Source of the DNA: an uncultured Pseudomonadota bacterium
GTDB lineage: Bacteria; Myxococcota_A; UBA796; SXON01
Length of the DNA: 64,000 nt
NCBI GenBank assembly: GCA_903959175.1
Contig: CAJBVW010000056.1
Span: 42,478 to 106,477 of the forward strand
Direction: 5' to 3'
Every line of letters begins with the position of its first letter. The stretch's first letter is position 1. The notes under the pieces are model-generated. The model searched no databases. It was not told where the DNA came from and saw only the letters and a program-made list of their open reading frames with translations. A program made the position numbers and the translations under genes. Of this stretch, positions 45,046 through 54,410 are shown piece by piece.

Positions 45046-45786
45046 ATGCTTCAACCACCGGAGGACGCCATGGGGATGAAGAGGGACATCAAGGACCAGG
45101 TCGTGCAGCTGCTCGCGCCAGGGGAGTACGAAACCCAGTTGTCCGACACCCCTCCAGGGCCTGGCGACAACCGGCTCACGTTCAAGAACAGCGGCGTCCG
45201 CTTCAAGGCCGTGGTCCTTTACATCGACATGCGGGGCTCCACGGCGGTCCTCAACGCCCACAAGCCGCACAGCGTCGCGAAGATCCACAAGGCCTACCTG
45301 TTCCTCGCCACCAAGCTGATCGTGGAGCGGGGCGGGCAGGTCCGCAGCTACAACGGCGACAGCATCCTGGCGTTCTTCCCGGGCAGCTCGAAGGAGGTCG
45401 TCACGCGGGCGGTTCGCGCGGCCATGGAGATCAAGTACATGCTGGCCACCGAGTGTCGGGCGGAGTTCGACCGGTTCAGCGGACTCGACTTCGGAATCGG
45501 CATCGACGTTGGCGAAATCCTCTGCGTGAAGGCGGGGATTGCTCGGAACGACAACCACAACGACCTCGTGTGGCTCGGGAACGCGGTCAATCGGGCAACG
45601 TGTCTGAGTGACGCCGCCAAGCACCCGTTCCAGGTGTGGGCGTCGCAGGAGGTGCGCGACCTGATGGAGGAGCCCATTCGAGTCCAGGGGCCATACCGGG
45701 TAGAGCGCTGGACCCACGCTCGGTTCGAGTACAACAGCCGATACGAGTGGGGTTGGTCCACCGCCAGCGAGTGGGCCGTGGAGTGA
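45046..45786 (+). CDS. pycC: Class III nucleotidyl cyclase, Pycsar PycC-like
   Basis: 246 aa. Cyclase motifs AVVLYIDMRGSTAV (metal Asp), RSYNGDSILAFF (second Asp), GIGIDVGEILCVKAGI, VWLGNAVNRATCLSD. Possible alternative starts at ATG 45070/45076, downstream of GGAGGA (45060-45065). Confidence 0.8.
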   Translation: MLQPPEDAMGMKRDIKDQVVQLLAPGEYETQLSDTPPGPGDNRLTFKNSGVRFKAVVLYIDMRGSTAVLNAHKPHSVAKIHKAYLFLATKLIVERGGQVRSYNGDSILAFFPGSSKEVVTRAVRAAMEIKYMLATECRAEFDRFSGLDFGIGIDVGEILCVKAGIARNDNHNDLVWLGNAVNRATCLSDAAKHPFQVWASQEVRDLMEEPIRVQGPYRVERWTHARFEYNSRYEWGWSTASEWAVE

Positions 45787-46679
45787 AGTCTCGCTTTGAA
45801 GGAGAAGAAGGGCGCCGCCGCGCCCTCGACGTGCTGCTCGACAACTCTGCCGTCCGCGGACACCGGCCGTTGGCGGAGGCCTTGCTCGCTGCGGCGGACC
45901 TCCGCGAGCACGCCGCGGGCGAGGCGTTATTGACCCAGGATCGGCCGGGCAGCGAGCTCGCCTTCCTGCTCGCCGGCGAGGTGGAGGTGCGGGTGAACCG
46001 GCGACTCGTGGCGATCCGCTCGGCCCCCGCGCACGTCGGAGAGATGGCGGCGATCGATCCGAAGGCGGATCGCGCCGCGACGGTCCTCGCCCGCAGGCCG
46101 ACCGTCGCCGCCTGGGTCGCGGAGCCCGAGCTGACGCGCATCGCCATGGAGTTCCCGGAGCTCTGGCGAGGCTTCGCCCGGGTGCTCGCGGATCGGCTCC
46201 GCGAGCGCCGTGCCTTCCACCGCGCCCCCAATGATCGGCCCCGAGCCTTCATCGGCTCCTCGGTAGAGGGGCTGCCCGCCGCTCGTGCCCTGCGGGTCGA
46301 GATGGACCGCGATCCCATCGCCCTCCACGCCTGGCCCGAGCGCACCTTCCGCCCCTCGCACTACACCCTCCCCGACCTCCTCGCGGAGGTGGATGCCTGC
46401 GACTTCGCCATCTTCTGCCTCACCGGCGACGACGTGCTCACGAGCCGGGGGGGCACGGCATCCGCGCCTCGAGACAACGTGGTGCTCGAGATCGGCCTGT
46501 TCCTTGGCCGCCTCGGTCAGGAGCGCGTACTACTGTTGCGTCCCCGAGGCGTGGCCCTCAAGCTACCCAGCGACCTCGACGGGCTCGGAACGATCGACTT
46601 CGTGGCTGGAGAACCCCCCGATCTCGCTGTAGCCGCAGAGCGGGTACGCCGGGTCGTGGTGAAGCTCGGTGTGCGATGA
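45783..46679 (+). CDS. pycTIR: cNMP-binding domain fused to a TIR-like domain (Pycsar effector, PycTIR-like)
   Basis: Start GTG 45783 (GTGA overlap with the cyclase stop); 298 aa. The N-terminal half is CAP_ED-like (..[44 protein letters not shown]). The C-terminal half is TIR-like (..[17 protein letters not shown].., ..[12 protein letters not shown].., ..[24 protein letters not shown]). Confidence 0.8.
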   Translation: MKSRFEGEEGRRRALDVLLDNSAVRGHRPLAEALLAAADLREHAAGEALLTQDRPGSELAFLLAGEVEVRVNRRLVAIRSAPAHVGEMAAIDPKADRAATVLARRPTVAAWVAEPELTRIAMEFPELWRGFARVLADRLRERRAFHRAPNDRPRAFIGSSVEGLPAARALRVEMDRDPIALHAWPERTFRPSHYTLPDLLAEVDACDFAIFCLTGDDVLTSRGGTASAPRDNVVLEIGLFLGRLGQERVLLLRPRGVALKLPSDLDGLGTIDFVAGEPPDLAVAAERVRRVVVKLGVR

Positions 46680-46749
46680 TGCGCCGCACGCCCCCCAATC
46701 GAATCGCCCTCCTCGCAACGCGCACGATCCGTGCGTCTGGAACAGCCGA

Positions 46750-49245
46750 ATGAGCTACTCCTGGATCCCCCTGTACGAGGACCTCGCCACCCGAATCCTG
46801 AAGTGGGAAGGGCGCCAACCCGAGCTCCTCGCCATGCTCGCCGGCATCAAGGCCACCGGCCTACCGATGGTGAAGCTGGACGACAAGGGGCCGAACGGCG
46901 AGGTGCCTCTCGCCGCAATCGATCCCTTCACGTTCTTCGCTTCGTTCAACCGACATACCACGTTGGACAAGCGCCTCGAGATCCTCAAGCGAGTCCGCGA
47001 CGGTCTCGGGTCCACGCTGCCGCTCCCGACGGACTTCGACGGGCTGCCGCTCACCGACAACCAGCAGTCGTGGTTCTTCGGCTGGGCGAACGAGCGAAAG
47101 CCCGACGACATCCCCTCTTTGTGGGCGCTCCTGCGGCAGGCGATCGACGGCGGCCGCGCGGGCATCGTACCGGCCACCTTCGACCGGTGCCTCACGGTGA
47201 AGTCGGTCAAGATCGCCAAGTTGACGATGGGGCTGTTCTGGGTGCGCCCCACGGAGTTCATGCCGTTGGAGGGGCAATCGCAGGCCTATCTGCGCAGGTG
47301 CGGCGTGGCGCTCCCCGCCGTTGTCGGCAGTTGGGCGCAGTACGGGCAGGTGCTCGACACGACCATCGCGAGTCAGGGGGCCGACTTTCCGGCCCTCTCG
47401 CACGCCGCCTTCCTCAAGCAGGGGGAGGGGCAGCGGTATTGGGCAGGTGGCCACCAGTTCGGGGAGGAGTCCAAGCTCCAGGAATTCCTCGACCAGCGGG
47501 TCTGGTACATCGGGCATCTGAAGGCCTCCGAGAAACGGGGAGGCCAGGCGGCGTGGAAGCGCTTCCCCTCCATCCAGCCGGGTGATCTCTTCGCGCTCAA
47601 GGGCTTCGGCGGGCAGAACGTGCTGAAGATTCATGCCCTCGGGCGCGTGGACACGGTCGATGCGGAGGAGGGCCACCTCACGTGGACGCCGGTGGAGGGT
47701 ACGCCCCTTTTCCACGGAAAGCCGCCGGCAGGGCCGGGCGGGGGCACATGGTTCGAGACGCTGTGCGAGGTCACGGAAGCCGCCTGCCGCAAGGCGGTGT
47801 TCGGTGTCGGGGAAGCGGAGAAGAAGCAGGGGGTGTCCGCCCCGTCCAAGGAGAAGCCCGCCGCCGCGAAGGAGAAGCAAGTGGTGTTCACGCCGCCGAA
47901 GCACCCCCTCAACCTCATCTTCCACGGTCCGCCGGGGACGGGCAAGACCTGGCGCATGCGCCGGATGCGGGCGGATTTCACGCTGAAGATCACGGGCCCG
48001 ACGGCTCCTGTTCCCGTCCTCGACGTGGCGGACCTCACCTGGTTCGAAGTCGTGGCCCTCGCCCTCCACGACATGAAGGTGCCGAGTTCCACGCCTGCGA
48101 TCGTAGAGCACCCCCTGGTGCAGGCCAAGTATGTGGAGCGCGCACCGCAGACGCGATTGAGTCCCTTCGTCTGGAACCAGCTCCAGACGCACACGGTCAA
48201 GGCATCCACCACCGTGAAGTATGAGTTCCGGACCGGGCTCCTCGTGTTCGATCGGAATGCAGAGGGGCATTGGTTCCTCCCGGCCGGCTTGCCCGAGGAG
48301 CTCCTCGCCAAGGCGAGCCTCGGGAAGCAGGACGTGCCCGTGGCGGACGCCCCGCCCGACAACCAGTTCCTCATCACGTTCCACCCGTCGTTCACCTACG
48401 AGGACTTCGTGGAGGGCATCCGGCCGGAGAGCGGGGAGCAGGAGACGGACCCGGTTCGCTATCCTCTCGTCCCGGGCATCTTCAAGCGGGCCTGCGAGCG
48501 CGCGGTGCAGCTCGCGGGGTTTACGGCGGGCCTCGCGGCGTTCTGCGAACTGGCCCCGGCGGAGCGGAAGAAGCTGCTCGCGACCGCGGCGCCGACCGTC
48601 CTGTTCATTGACGAGATCAACCGTGGCAACGTTGCCAGGATCTTCGGCGAGCTCATCACGCTCATCGAGCCCGACAAGCGCCTGGGCGCCGAGGAGGAGT
48701 TGATCGTCACCCTCCCCGGCTCGCGAAAGCCGTTCGGTGTGCCGTCCAACCTGTGGATCGTGGGGACGATGAATACGGCGGATCGGAGCGTCGTGGCGCT
48801 CGATGTGGCGCTCCGGCGGCGGTTCGCGTTCCAGGAGTGCACGCCCGAGTCGACGGAGCTCGCGGGCGTGACGGTCGACGGGGTCGATCTCGGCGCGCTC
48901 CTCCGCACCGTCAATCAGCGTCTCGCCGTGCTCCGGGACCGCGATCACCTCATCGGCCACGCCTTCTTCTGGCCGATGAAGGCCCATGAGGAGCGGCGCA
49001 CCCTCGACGAGCTCCGGCGCGTGTTTCGGGAGAGCATTGTGCCGCTGCTCTTAGAGTACTTCCACGACGACCTCGGGCGGGTCGGGCTTGTCCTGGGCAA
49101 GGCCTTCGTGTCACGCCAGGCCGCCGCGACGTCCTTTGCCGACTTCGCGCACGAGCACAAGGAGGACCTCGCCGAACGCCCCGTGTGGGTCCTCGCGGAT
49201 CCGAGCACGCTGCCGATCGAGGCGTTCAAGAAGATCTATGCGTAG
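46750..49245 (+). CDS. mcrB: McrB-family AAA+ (GTPase) restriction subunit with a long N-terminal region
   Basis: Start taken at ATG 46750 (831 aa). AAA_5/McrB motifs [70 protein letters not shown]. Confidence 0.85.
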   Translation: MSYSWIPLYEDLATRILKWEGRQPELLAMLAGIKATGLPMVKLDDKGPNGEVPLAAIDPFTFFASFNRHTTLDKRLEILKRVRDGLGSTLPLPTDFDGLPLTDNQQSWFFGWANERKPDDIPSLWALLRQAIDGGRAGIVPATFDRCLTVKSVKIAKLTMGLFWVRPTEFMPLEGQSQAYLRRCGVALPAVVGSWAQYGQVLDTTIASQGADFPALSHAAFLKQGEGQRYWAGGHQFGEESKLQEFLDQRVWYIGHLKASEKRGGQAAWKRFPSIQPGDLFALKGFGGQNVLKIHALGRVDTVDAEEGHLTWTPVEGTPLFHGKPPAGPGGGTWFETLCEVTEAACRKAVFGVGEAEKKQGVSAPSKEKPAAAKEKQVVFTPPKHPLNLIFHGPPGTGKTWRMRRMRADFTLKITGPTAPVPVLDVADLTWFEVVALALHDMKVPSSTPAIVEHPLVQAKYVERAPQTRLSPFVWNQLQTHTVKASTTVKYEFRTGLLVFDRNAEGHWFLPAGLPEELLAKASLGKQDVPVADAPPDNQFLITFHPSFTYEDFVEGIRPESGEQETDPVRYPLVPGIFKRACERAVQLAGFTAGLAAFCELAPAERKKLLATAAPTVLFIDEINRGNVARIFGELITLIEPDKRLGAEEELIVTLPGSRKPFGVPSNLWIVGTMNTADRSVVALDVALRRRFAFQECTPESTELAGVTVDGVDLGALLRTVNQRLAVLRDRDHLIGHAFFWPMKAHEERRTLDELRRVFRESIVPLLLEYFHDDLGRVGLVLGKAFVSRQAAATSFADFAHEHKEDLAERPVWVLADPSTLPIEAFKKIYA

Positions 49246-50593
49246 CGTGCGCTTTGTCGTTCATGAGCATCAACGCCTCGTCGTGGGCGTGGGGTACGAC
49301 GACGGGCGTGGCGGGCTCGCGACGTTCGAGGACCATCACTTCGACGCGCTCGCGAAGTATCGGGAACGCACGGAGTCGCAGGCGTTCACGCTCGGGCACC
49401 GGAGCATCCGCCTGTGCCAGCACGTCGGGTACCTCCGCGTCGGCTCCGTTTCCCTGGAGATCTACCCTAAATTGAGCCAGGACCGGCCCGAACAGGAATG
49501 GCGGGGCCTGTTGTTTCACATGCTCCGTGTCGTGAGTGGCGTGCGGCTCGCGCCGCAGGACCAGGCGCCGCTCATGCATCGCGCGGGTGACCTTTTCGAG
49601 ATGTTGCTCGCGCGCTTCGTGGAACTCACCCGTGCACTCGTGCGGGAGGGGCTCGCGCGGACGTACCGGGAGGTCCAGGAGAACGGCACCGTCTTCAGGG
49701 GCCGGCTGGTCGTGGGCGCACACCTCCGGGAGAACATTGTCCGGAAGGAACGGCTGTATGTGGCCTACGAGGTGCATGACGCCGACAACCTTCCGAACCG
49801 CATCCTCCACCGCGCCCTCGACCGGGTGCTCAAGACCACGGGCTCGCCCGATCTGGCACGGCAGGCCGAGGCCGCGCTCGCCGACTTCCCGGATGTCTCC
49901 CTCGCGCCGATCCGAGACTCAGAGTGGAGCACCCTCCGCTTTGACCGGCGCACCGAGCGGTACCGGGAGGCGCTGGTCCTCGCGCGGATGATCCTCCGGG
50001 ACGAGCGCCCCGATTTCCGCTGGGGGGATCAGCGGGTGATCGCTTTGCTCTTCGACATGAACGCGCTCTTCGAGTCCTACCTCTACGAGGCGCTTCGGGG
50101 CCTGTCCGGCGTCAGCGTGCGTTCCCAATCGCCGCACCGTTTCTGGAGGCCCGCCACGGGCGCTGCCGCGTGGCTGAAGCCAGACCTCCTCGTCTCGGTG
50201 CATGGCTCTTCGGCGCCGATCGTGCTCGACGCCAAGTGGAAGATCCCTAAGAAGGGGCGCCCTGCCGACGACGATCTCCGCCAACTGTTTGCGTACCTCC
50301 ACGCTTTCGGTAGCGCGGAGGGCGCGCTCGTGTATCCCCGCGCCAACGGTACGCAGACCGATACCAGTGGCGACTTCCTCGCCGGCCCCCACAGCGGACG
50401 AGTCGTACACCTCGACCTCTTCGCCGGGGGCGCGCCGAACCTCGTGGCGTTCCGCGAGTCGGCGCGGGACGCGCTCGGGCTACCCGGCGCGCCTACCGTC
50501 GCGGAGCCTGACCCGGACACGGCGGTCCCATCCGTCCCGTTCGCGTTCGCCAGCGCGGATCCGCGGCCGCCTGTTCAGGAGCAGTGGTCGTAG
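49238..50593 (+). CDS. mcrC: McrC-like nuclease subunit
   Basis: Start ATG 49238 (8-nt overlap with mcrB); 451 aa. Motifs [17 protein letters not shown] and a PD-(D/E)xK-like core [13 protein letters not shown]. Confidence 0.8.
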   Translation: MRSVRFVVHEHQRLVVGVGYDDGRGGLATFEDHHFDALAKYRERTESQAFTLGHRSIRLCQHVGYLRVGSVSLEIYPKLSQDRPEQEWRGLLFHMLRVVSGVRLAPQDQAPLMHRAGDLFEMLLARFVELTRALVREGLARTYREVQENGTVFRGRLVVGAHLRENIVRKERLYVAYEVHDADNLPNRILHRALDRVLKTTGSPDLARQAEAALADFPDVSLAPIRDSEWSTLRFDRRTERYREALVLARMILRDERPDFRWGDQRVIALLFDMNALFESYLYEALRGLSGVSVRSQSPHRFWRPATGAAAWLKPDLLVSVHGSSAPIVLDAKWKIPKKGRPADDDLRQLFAYLHAFGSAEGALVYPRANGTQTDTSGDFLAGPHSGRVVHLDLFAGGAPNLVAFRESARDALGLPGAPTVAEPDPDTAVPSVPFAFASADPRPPVQEQWS

Positions 50594-51355
50594 ATGATGC
50601 TGTCTCCCTCGCTCCCTACCCGACTCGCGAAGGCCGCCGAGGACAACGGCTTCGATCTCGACCGCGTCGTTGACGGAATGTGGCTCGGCTTCGCGAGCAG
50701 CCACGTTCCGCTGCGCGTCTGGTTGACGGCCTACGGAGACGTCGTCGTGGTCGCCTTTTCCCACGCCAACGTGTGGCGATCCCTCGCCGGCCTCGGAGCT
50801 TCGTTCTCGAGCCCGTTGCCGGAGGGCGCGTGCGGCGCGCGTGGGGTCACCAGCTACGACCAGCTGCACCACCTGCTTCGCCGCGCCTTCCTCCTGTCGC
50901 GGGCGCTCCCCGACGAGCTCTGGAAGGCGTTCGCCGACAAGACCGCGACCCTCCCGCGCACCACCGAGGCCGAGCGACTGGTTGTCCAACGCGTCGGCCA
51001 GGACATGTTCCGCGGGGGCCTTCTCGACTTCTGGGACGGCCGCTGCGCGATCACCGGGCTCGCCGTCCCCGCGCTCCTTCGTGCGAGCCACATCAAGCCG
51101 TGGGCGGCCTGCGACCTCGACGCCGAGCGGCTCGACGTGTTCAACGGCTTCCTGCTGGCGGTGCACCTCGACGCGGCGTTCGACGCCGGCCTGATCACCG
51201 TCGCGGACGACGGTGCGGTCGTGGTGTCGGAGGAGCTCGACGGGGACGCGCGGGCGCTGCTGGCCCTCGACCGGCCCGTGAGGGTGAGGGGGCTCGCCGA
51301 CGGGCATCGGCGGTATCTGGAATGGCATCGGAAACGGGAGTTCGGGGCCCGGTAG
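50594..51355 (+). CDS. HNH_2-type endonuclease (putative restriction endonuclease)
   Basis: 253 aa; the ATG follows the mcrC TAG directly. Motif RCAITGLAVPALLRASHIKPWAACDLDAERLDVFNGFLLAVHLDAAFDAGLITV. Confidence 0.8.
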   Translation: MMLSPSLPTRLAKAAEDNGFDLDRVVDGMWLGFASSHVPLRVWLTAYGDVVVVAFSHANVWRSLAGLGASFSSPLPEGACGARGVTSYDQLHHLLRRAFLLSRALPDELWKAFADKTATLPRTTEAERLVVQRVGQDMFRGGLLDFWDGRCAITGLAVPALLRASHIKPWAACDLDAERLDVFNGFLLAVHLDAAFDAGLITVADDGAVVVSEELDGDARALLALDRPVRVRGLADGHRRYLEWHRKREFGAR

Positions 51356-51433
51356 AACGAAGTGCGCTGGGAGCGCTCGGAAACAACCGCTTAGGCTCCT
51401 GCACGGCTATACTGAGCGGAAGCACGTCGGGAG

Positions 51434-54109
51434 TCAGCGATGTCGGGACGAGGGCAGCATCAGGCCACTGCGAACGCGATCGAAGAGCTGTTGGCAGCAG
51501 AACTCCGAGGCGACGCCGCCGCCGCATCGCGGCAGGTGAGTACACTTCGTACTCTCCGTGCACGGACACTGTGCGGAGTTTCGCCCCGCCGCATTCAGGC
51601 TGACATCCAAGCGCTGGTCGCACGACTCGCTCTTTCGGTTAGGACCGCCAGTAGGGTTCCTCCCGTTCCTCCAGGCGACCTGGGGGACGTTCGCGCTGAC
51701 CTCACGAACGGGCGCACGGTGTGGTTCGAGGTGAAGGCACAGACCTTCAAGTGGGGCTTCGATGAGGTAGTCCAGGGCGATTGGGTCCGTGACGAGACGA
51801 GCTTCCTTGCCCGCGTCTACGCCAACGACGCCTCGTTTCGGCGCCACATGGTTGGGCGGCCTGGGGCAGCCACACTGGGAAGCTTCGTGAGCACCGGGGT
51901 TCTCGGGCTTTCCGAGGAAGACCTTTGGCTCGCTGACGTTGCGCTGCTCCGGACGCCCGCTCACTTGAGCGCGGCTGGCGTGCAAACGCGGGCCGACCTT
52001 GGGCGCTGGATGCAGGACAAGTACATGGTGCAACTTACGCAGTCCGGAATCAGGTGTATCCGCCTCGCGGATCTCCCGATCGTTATTGCAGTTTTGAACG
52101 GGGCACCCATCGTCCGGCGTACAGCGGTTCTCCGGCGCTCTGTCGCCAACTACATTACTGTGCCGTCGTGTCTGGCAAAGACTGTGTTCACCTATTACTG
52201 CGGCTATCGGAGGCTTGGGGTGGTTGGACGGCACAAGGCTAATGCTCCGGCGTTCCACGGCGCGGTTCCGATCTTCCAGCGCTGACAATAGGCGTGAACG
52301 GCCCGGCCGTTTGTCGAAATTCACGCCGGGGCAGCGATCGCAGCGACCACGGAAGTGGCAGAGCCGCTCCTCACGCTGCTCACCGCGCTCGTCGGGGAGA
52401 TGAGCGGGGAGGAGCTGCAGGACGCGCTGTGCCTCCTGCACGGCGAGCACTTCCGGGTTGGGTGGTTGGCCCCCGCCCTCCGGGACGGGTTGATCGAGCT
52501 CGCGTTCGCCGACAAGCTCCGAAGCAGCAAGTAGCGGCACCGACGGCCCGCCAAGGGCGAGGCTCGGCTCGCTGCACACCCGCAGAACGTGTGAGCCCGA
52601 CGGCGACGGCGGGTGGCCTGAAGCTTTAGGCACGCGCCCAGGGATCGCGTCGATCCCCGCGGACGACCCCGCCTGTGTCGTCGGCAACCCCAGCCGCCCC
52701 GCCAACCCCTCCGCCTGCCGCACGGCGTGCACGAGCATGGCCTCTCCGGCCGGTTGAAGCCGCTGCCGAAGATGATCGACGGCGGCGCCAGCGAGGGCGC
52801 GCTGCGTGGCGGAGAGGTCCGCTCCGTCGCGCGCCAAGGCACCCTCAAGGGCGGCGAGTAGCGCCCCGGCCCTTGCCCGCAGCTCCTCGGGCGTGGCGAG
52901 GCGCGTTGCCGACGCTGCCACCGCCGGCCGGCCTGTCCCGAACCGGGCGGGAAGTGCCAGCGCGGGCTGGCCCTCCTCCACGGCGGCCGCCGGCATCACC
53001 AAGGGCTCCGCCGCAGCGACCTCGACCAGCCTCTCCACCGGCTCGGCCTCGGGCTCCGCAGCCCGCACCCGGTTTTCGGCCGCAGCCCTCAACCGCCCCT
53101 CCGCCAACGCCACCAGCGCCTCGGCGACCTCCAGCTCCTCCAGCTTTCCCGCCGCAACACGCCCGACCGCCGCCTCGGCCTCGGCGTCGTCCGGACCCGT
53201 GCCACCGCCCTCCTGCACCCGCTTCCACCGGACCAGCACGGAGGATGCCAGGTGCACCCAGTCCTCCGCGGCCCGCTTAGCCTCCATTCGCTCCTCCTCG
53301 TCGCGATCCCGACGCCGAAGCTCCCGAACGTCCACCGCCAACCCGATCGCGAGCCGGAACCGGTCCAACGACCACCCCTCCGCCCCCGTGAACGCCCTCT
53401 GCACCAGCTCCCGCACCTGCGTCGCCACGTTCGTCGGCACCTTCTCCCAGCCATCAAGCTCGATTTCCTCCCATGCCGGGAACAGCTCATCCAGCGCCTT
53501 CGCGACCGCTTCGTGGAGCTGGAAGCTCTCCCGCCCACGCTTCACGTAGAAGCGAGCCGGATCGCGCTGCGAATCCTCTCTGGTCCTGTTCTTCCTGAAG
53601 GGGAGAGAGGCCCGCGCGTGAGTGTCCCGCTCAGCCGGGACGCGGTCAGCGCCATTGGGGACAACCTGGGGACCACCCCGAGCGAGGCGAAGCAGCGGCC
53701 GCTCCCACCCGCGCTGCACGTCCGGCGGCAGCGCCTCCAGCTCCGAGGCCTCCCAGCTCTCGCCCGGCCACCACGCCGGGTGGACCACCTGGTAGCGATA
53801 GGCGTTCCGCCGTTCGCCGTCCGCGAGGCGCACGACGAGGCCGCGCTCGACGAGCCCGCGCACGCCGCGGTCGACCGCGGACTTGGTCAACCCGCAGCGG
53901 TCGGCGAACACCCGCACGGCGAAGGGCACGCCCACACGGCGATACCGCTCGTCCGGGCCGAGCACCGAGCCGAGGAGCTCGTCGAGCACCGCACGCTCCA
54001 TCGGCGCGAGGCGCGCGCGGGCAATCGCCCGCAACACCGATCGCGGGACGCGCGCGAAGTAGACACTCCCGGTCGGGGAGCGCCGGGGCTCAGCCGCGCC
54101 CACGGCCAC
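51434..54109 (-). CDS. Winged-helix DNA-binding (replication/regulatory-like) protein; only the ~490 N-terminal codons look genuine, and the 3' end runs as an antisense shadow through two plus-strand genes
   Basis: N-terminal wHTH ..FADRCGLTKSAVDRGVRGLVERGLVVRLADGERRNAYRYQV.., followed by a plausible helical region. Downstream of about 52640 the translation is low-complexity and antisense to 51440-52534. No in-frame stop occurs until 51434. Confidence 0.4.
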   Translation of the reverse strand: MAVGAAEPRRSPTGSVYFARVPRSVLRAIARARLAPMERAVLDELLGSVLGPDERYRRVGVPFAVRVFADRCGLTKSAVDRGVRGLVERGLVVRLADGERRNAYRYQVVHPAWWPGESWEASELEALPPDVQRGWERPLLRLARGGPQVVPNGADRVPAERDTHARASLPFRKNRTREDSQRDPARFYVKRGRESFQLHEAVAKALDELFPAWEEIELDGWEKVPTNVATQVRELVQRAFTGAEGWSLDRFRLAIGLAVDVRELRRRDRDEEERMEAKRAAEDWVHLASSVLVRWKRVQEGGGTGPDDAEAEAAVGRVAAGKLEELEVAEALVALAEGRLRAAAENRVRAAEPEAEPVERLVEVAAAEPLVMPAAAVEEGQPALALPARFGTGRPAVAASATRLATPEELRARAGALLAALEGALARDGADLSATQRALAGAAVDHLRQRLQPAGEAMLVHAVRQAEGLAGRLGLPTTQAGSSAGIDAIPGRVPKASGHPPSPSGSHVLRVCSEPSLALGGPSVPLLAASELVGERELDQPVPEGGGQPPNPEVLAVQEAQRVLQLLPAHLPDERGEQREERLCHFRGRCDRCPGVNFDKRPGRSRLLSALEDRNRAVERRSISLVPSNHPKPPIAAVIGEHSLCQTRRHSNVVGDRAPENRCTPDDGCPVQNCNNDREIREADTPDSGLRKLHHVLVLHPAPKVGPRLHASRAQVSGRPEQRNVSEPKVFLGKPENPGAHEASQCGCPRPPNHVAPKRGVVGVDAGKEARLVTDPIALDYLIEAPLEGLCLHLEPHRAPVREVSANVPQVAWRNGRNPTGGPNRKSESCDQRLDVSLNAAGRNSAQCPCTESTKCTHLPRCGGGVASEFCCQQLFDRVRSGLMLPSSRHR
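51440..52285 (+). CDS. Hypothetical protein, possible PD-(D/E)xK nuclease fold; lower-GC gene
   Basis: 281 aa with protein-like composition, unlike the overlapping antisense ORF. Candidate motif ..GDVRADLTNGRTVWFEVKAQ.. The region is visibly less GC-rich than its flanks. Confidence 0.5.
   Translation: MSGRGQHQATANAIEELLAAELRGDAAAASRQVSTLRTLRARTLCGVSPRRIQADIQALVARLALSVRTASRVPPVPPGDLGDVRADLTNGRTVWFEVKAQTFKWGFDEVVQGDWVRDETSFLARVYANDASFRRHMVGRPGAATLGSFVSTGVLGLSEEDLWLADVALLRTPAHLSAAGVQTRADLGRWMQDKYMVQLTQSGIRCIRLADLPIVIAVLNGAPIVRRTAVLRRSVANYITVPSCLAKTVFTYYCGYRRLGVVGRHKANAPAFHGAVPIFQR
52298..52534 (+). pseudogene. C-terminal fragment of a Fic/AlbA_2-type regulator tail
   Basis: A frame open for only 78 codons. 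..EELQDALCLLHGEHFRVGWLAPALRDGLIELAFADKLRSSK* matches the conserved C-terminal tail (..hFR..YL.P.l..GliE...PdkP.S..Q.Y) seen in such proteins. It has no N-terminal domains and no ATG before the motif. Confidence 0.45.
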
Positions 54110-54385
54110 CCCCCGCGGGGGGCGCTCGCCACGTCGACCCGATCCGGATCCGAGCGCCGCTGGGGACCAGCGAACACTTCAGATTTACGACGACCGAGTC
54201 CGACGCCGGCGAGCGCCCCCACCCAAGTGGGGCGCTTCCCGCGTGCCGCAGCCGTGCCGCGGACACCGGAAAGCAACCCCGGCCACCGGCAATCACGAGA
54301 AGAAAGGGGAGGGGCGAAAGCCCACGTCCTACGGGGCAGACCGCCGCGACAACCTTGGTTTTGGTTGACCGCGAAGACGTCTTCG

Positions 54386-54404
54386 ACTCCCGCCGCCTCC
54401 ACCA
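54386..54404 (+). repeat. Right copy of the 19-bp direct repeat ACTCCCGCCGCCTCCACCA (putative attR core)
   Basis: Identical to 23187-23205. It is preceded by the T-loop-like cTTCGact and followed by a terminator. Confidence 0.85.
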
Positions 54405-54410
54405 CTACTT

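Larger units (their letters stand above)
23187..54404. mobile_element. Putative 31.2-kb integrative genomic (defence) island bounded by 19-bp direct repeats
   Basis: The direct repeats have tRNA-3'-end character. int plus an xis-like gene lie at the left end, regulators next to them, a winged-helix gene at the right end, and an orphan terminator just outside the right repeat. Confidence 0.65.

Noticed and set aside
46861-48987. 708-aa minus-strand ORF opposite mcrB, and 757-aa ORF 57210-59483 (-) opposite the monooxygenase-like and mksF genes.
   Set aside because: Antisense shadows: no recognisable domains, while the opposite strand has strong motifs.
52294-52629. 111-aa plus-strand ORF (MNGPAVCRNSRRGSDRS..).
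   Set aside because: It is an Arg/Gly/Ala-rich low-complexity translation. A different frame over the same DNA gives a recognisable conserved regulator tail, so this ORF is taken as noise.
54118-54404. Possible tmRNA (ssrA) gene. GGGGGCG at 54118-54124 could pair with CGCCTCC before ACCA (including a G3:U70 pair), and a terminator follows.
   Set aside because: The 5' half of the T-stem is missing (acgtc where gcggg is needed). I see no tag-peptide reading frame ending in ..LAA-stop and no conserved tmRNA pseudoknot or GCAUGCC-type landmarks. The 287-nt length is short. A 7-mer match in GC-rich DNA is weak evidence. I interpret the 3' part as an att remnant instead.
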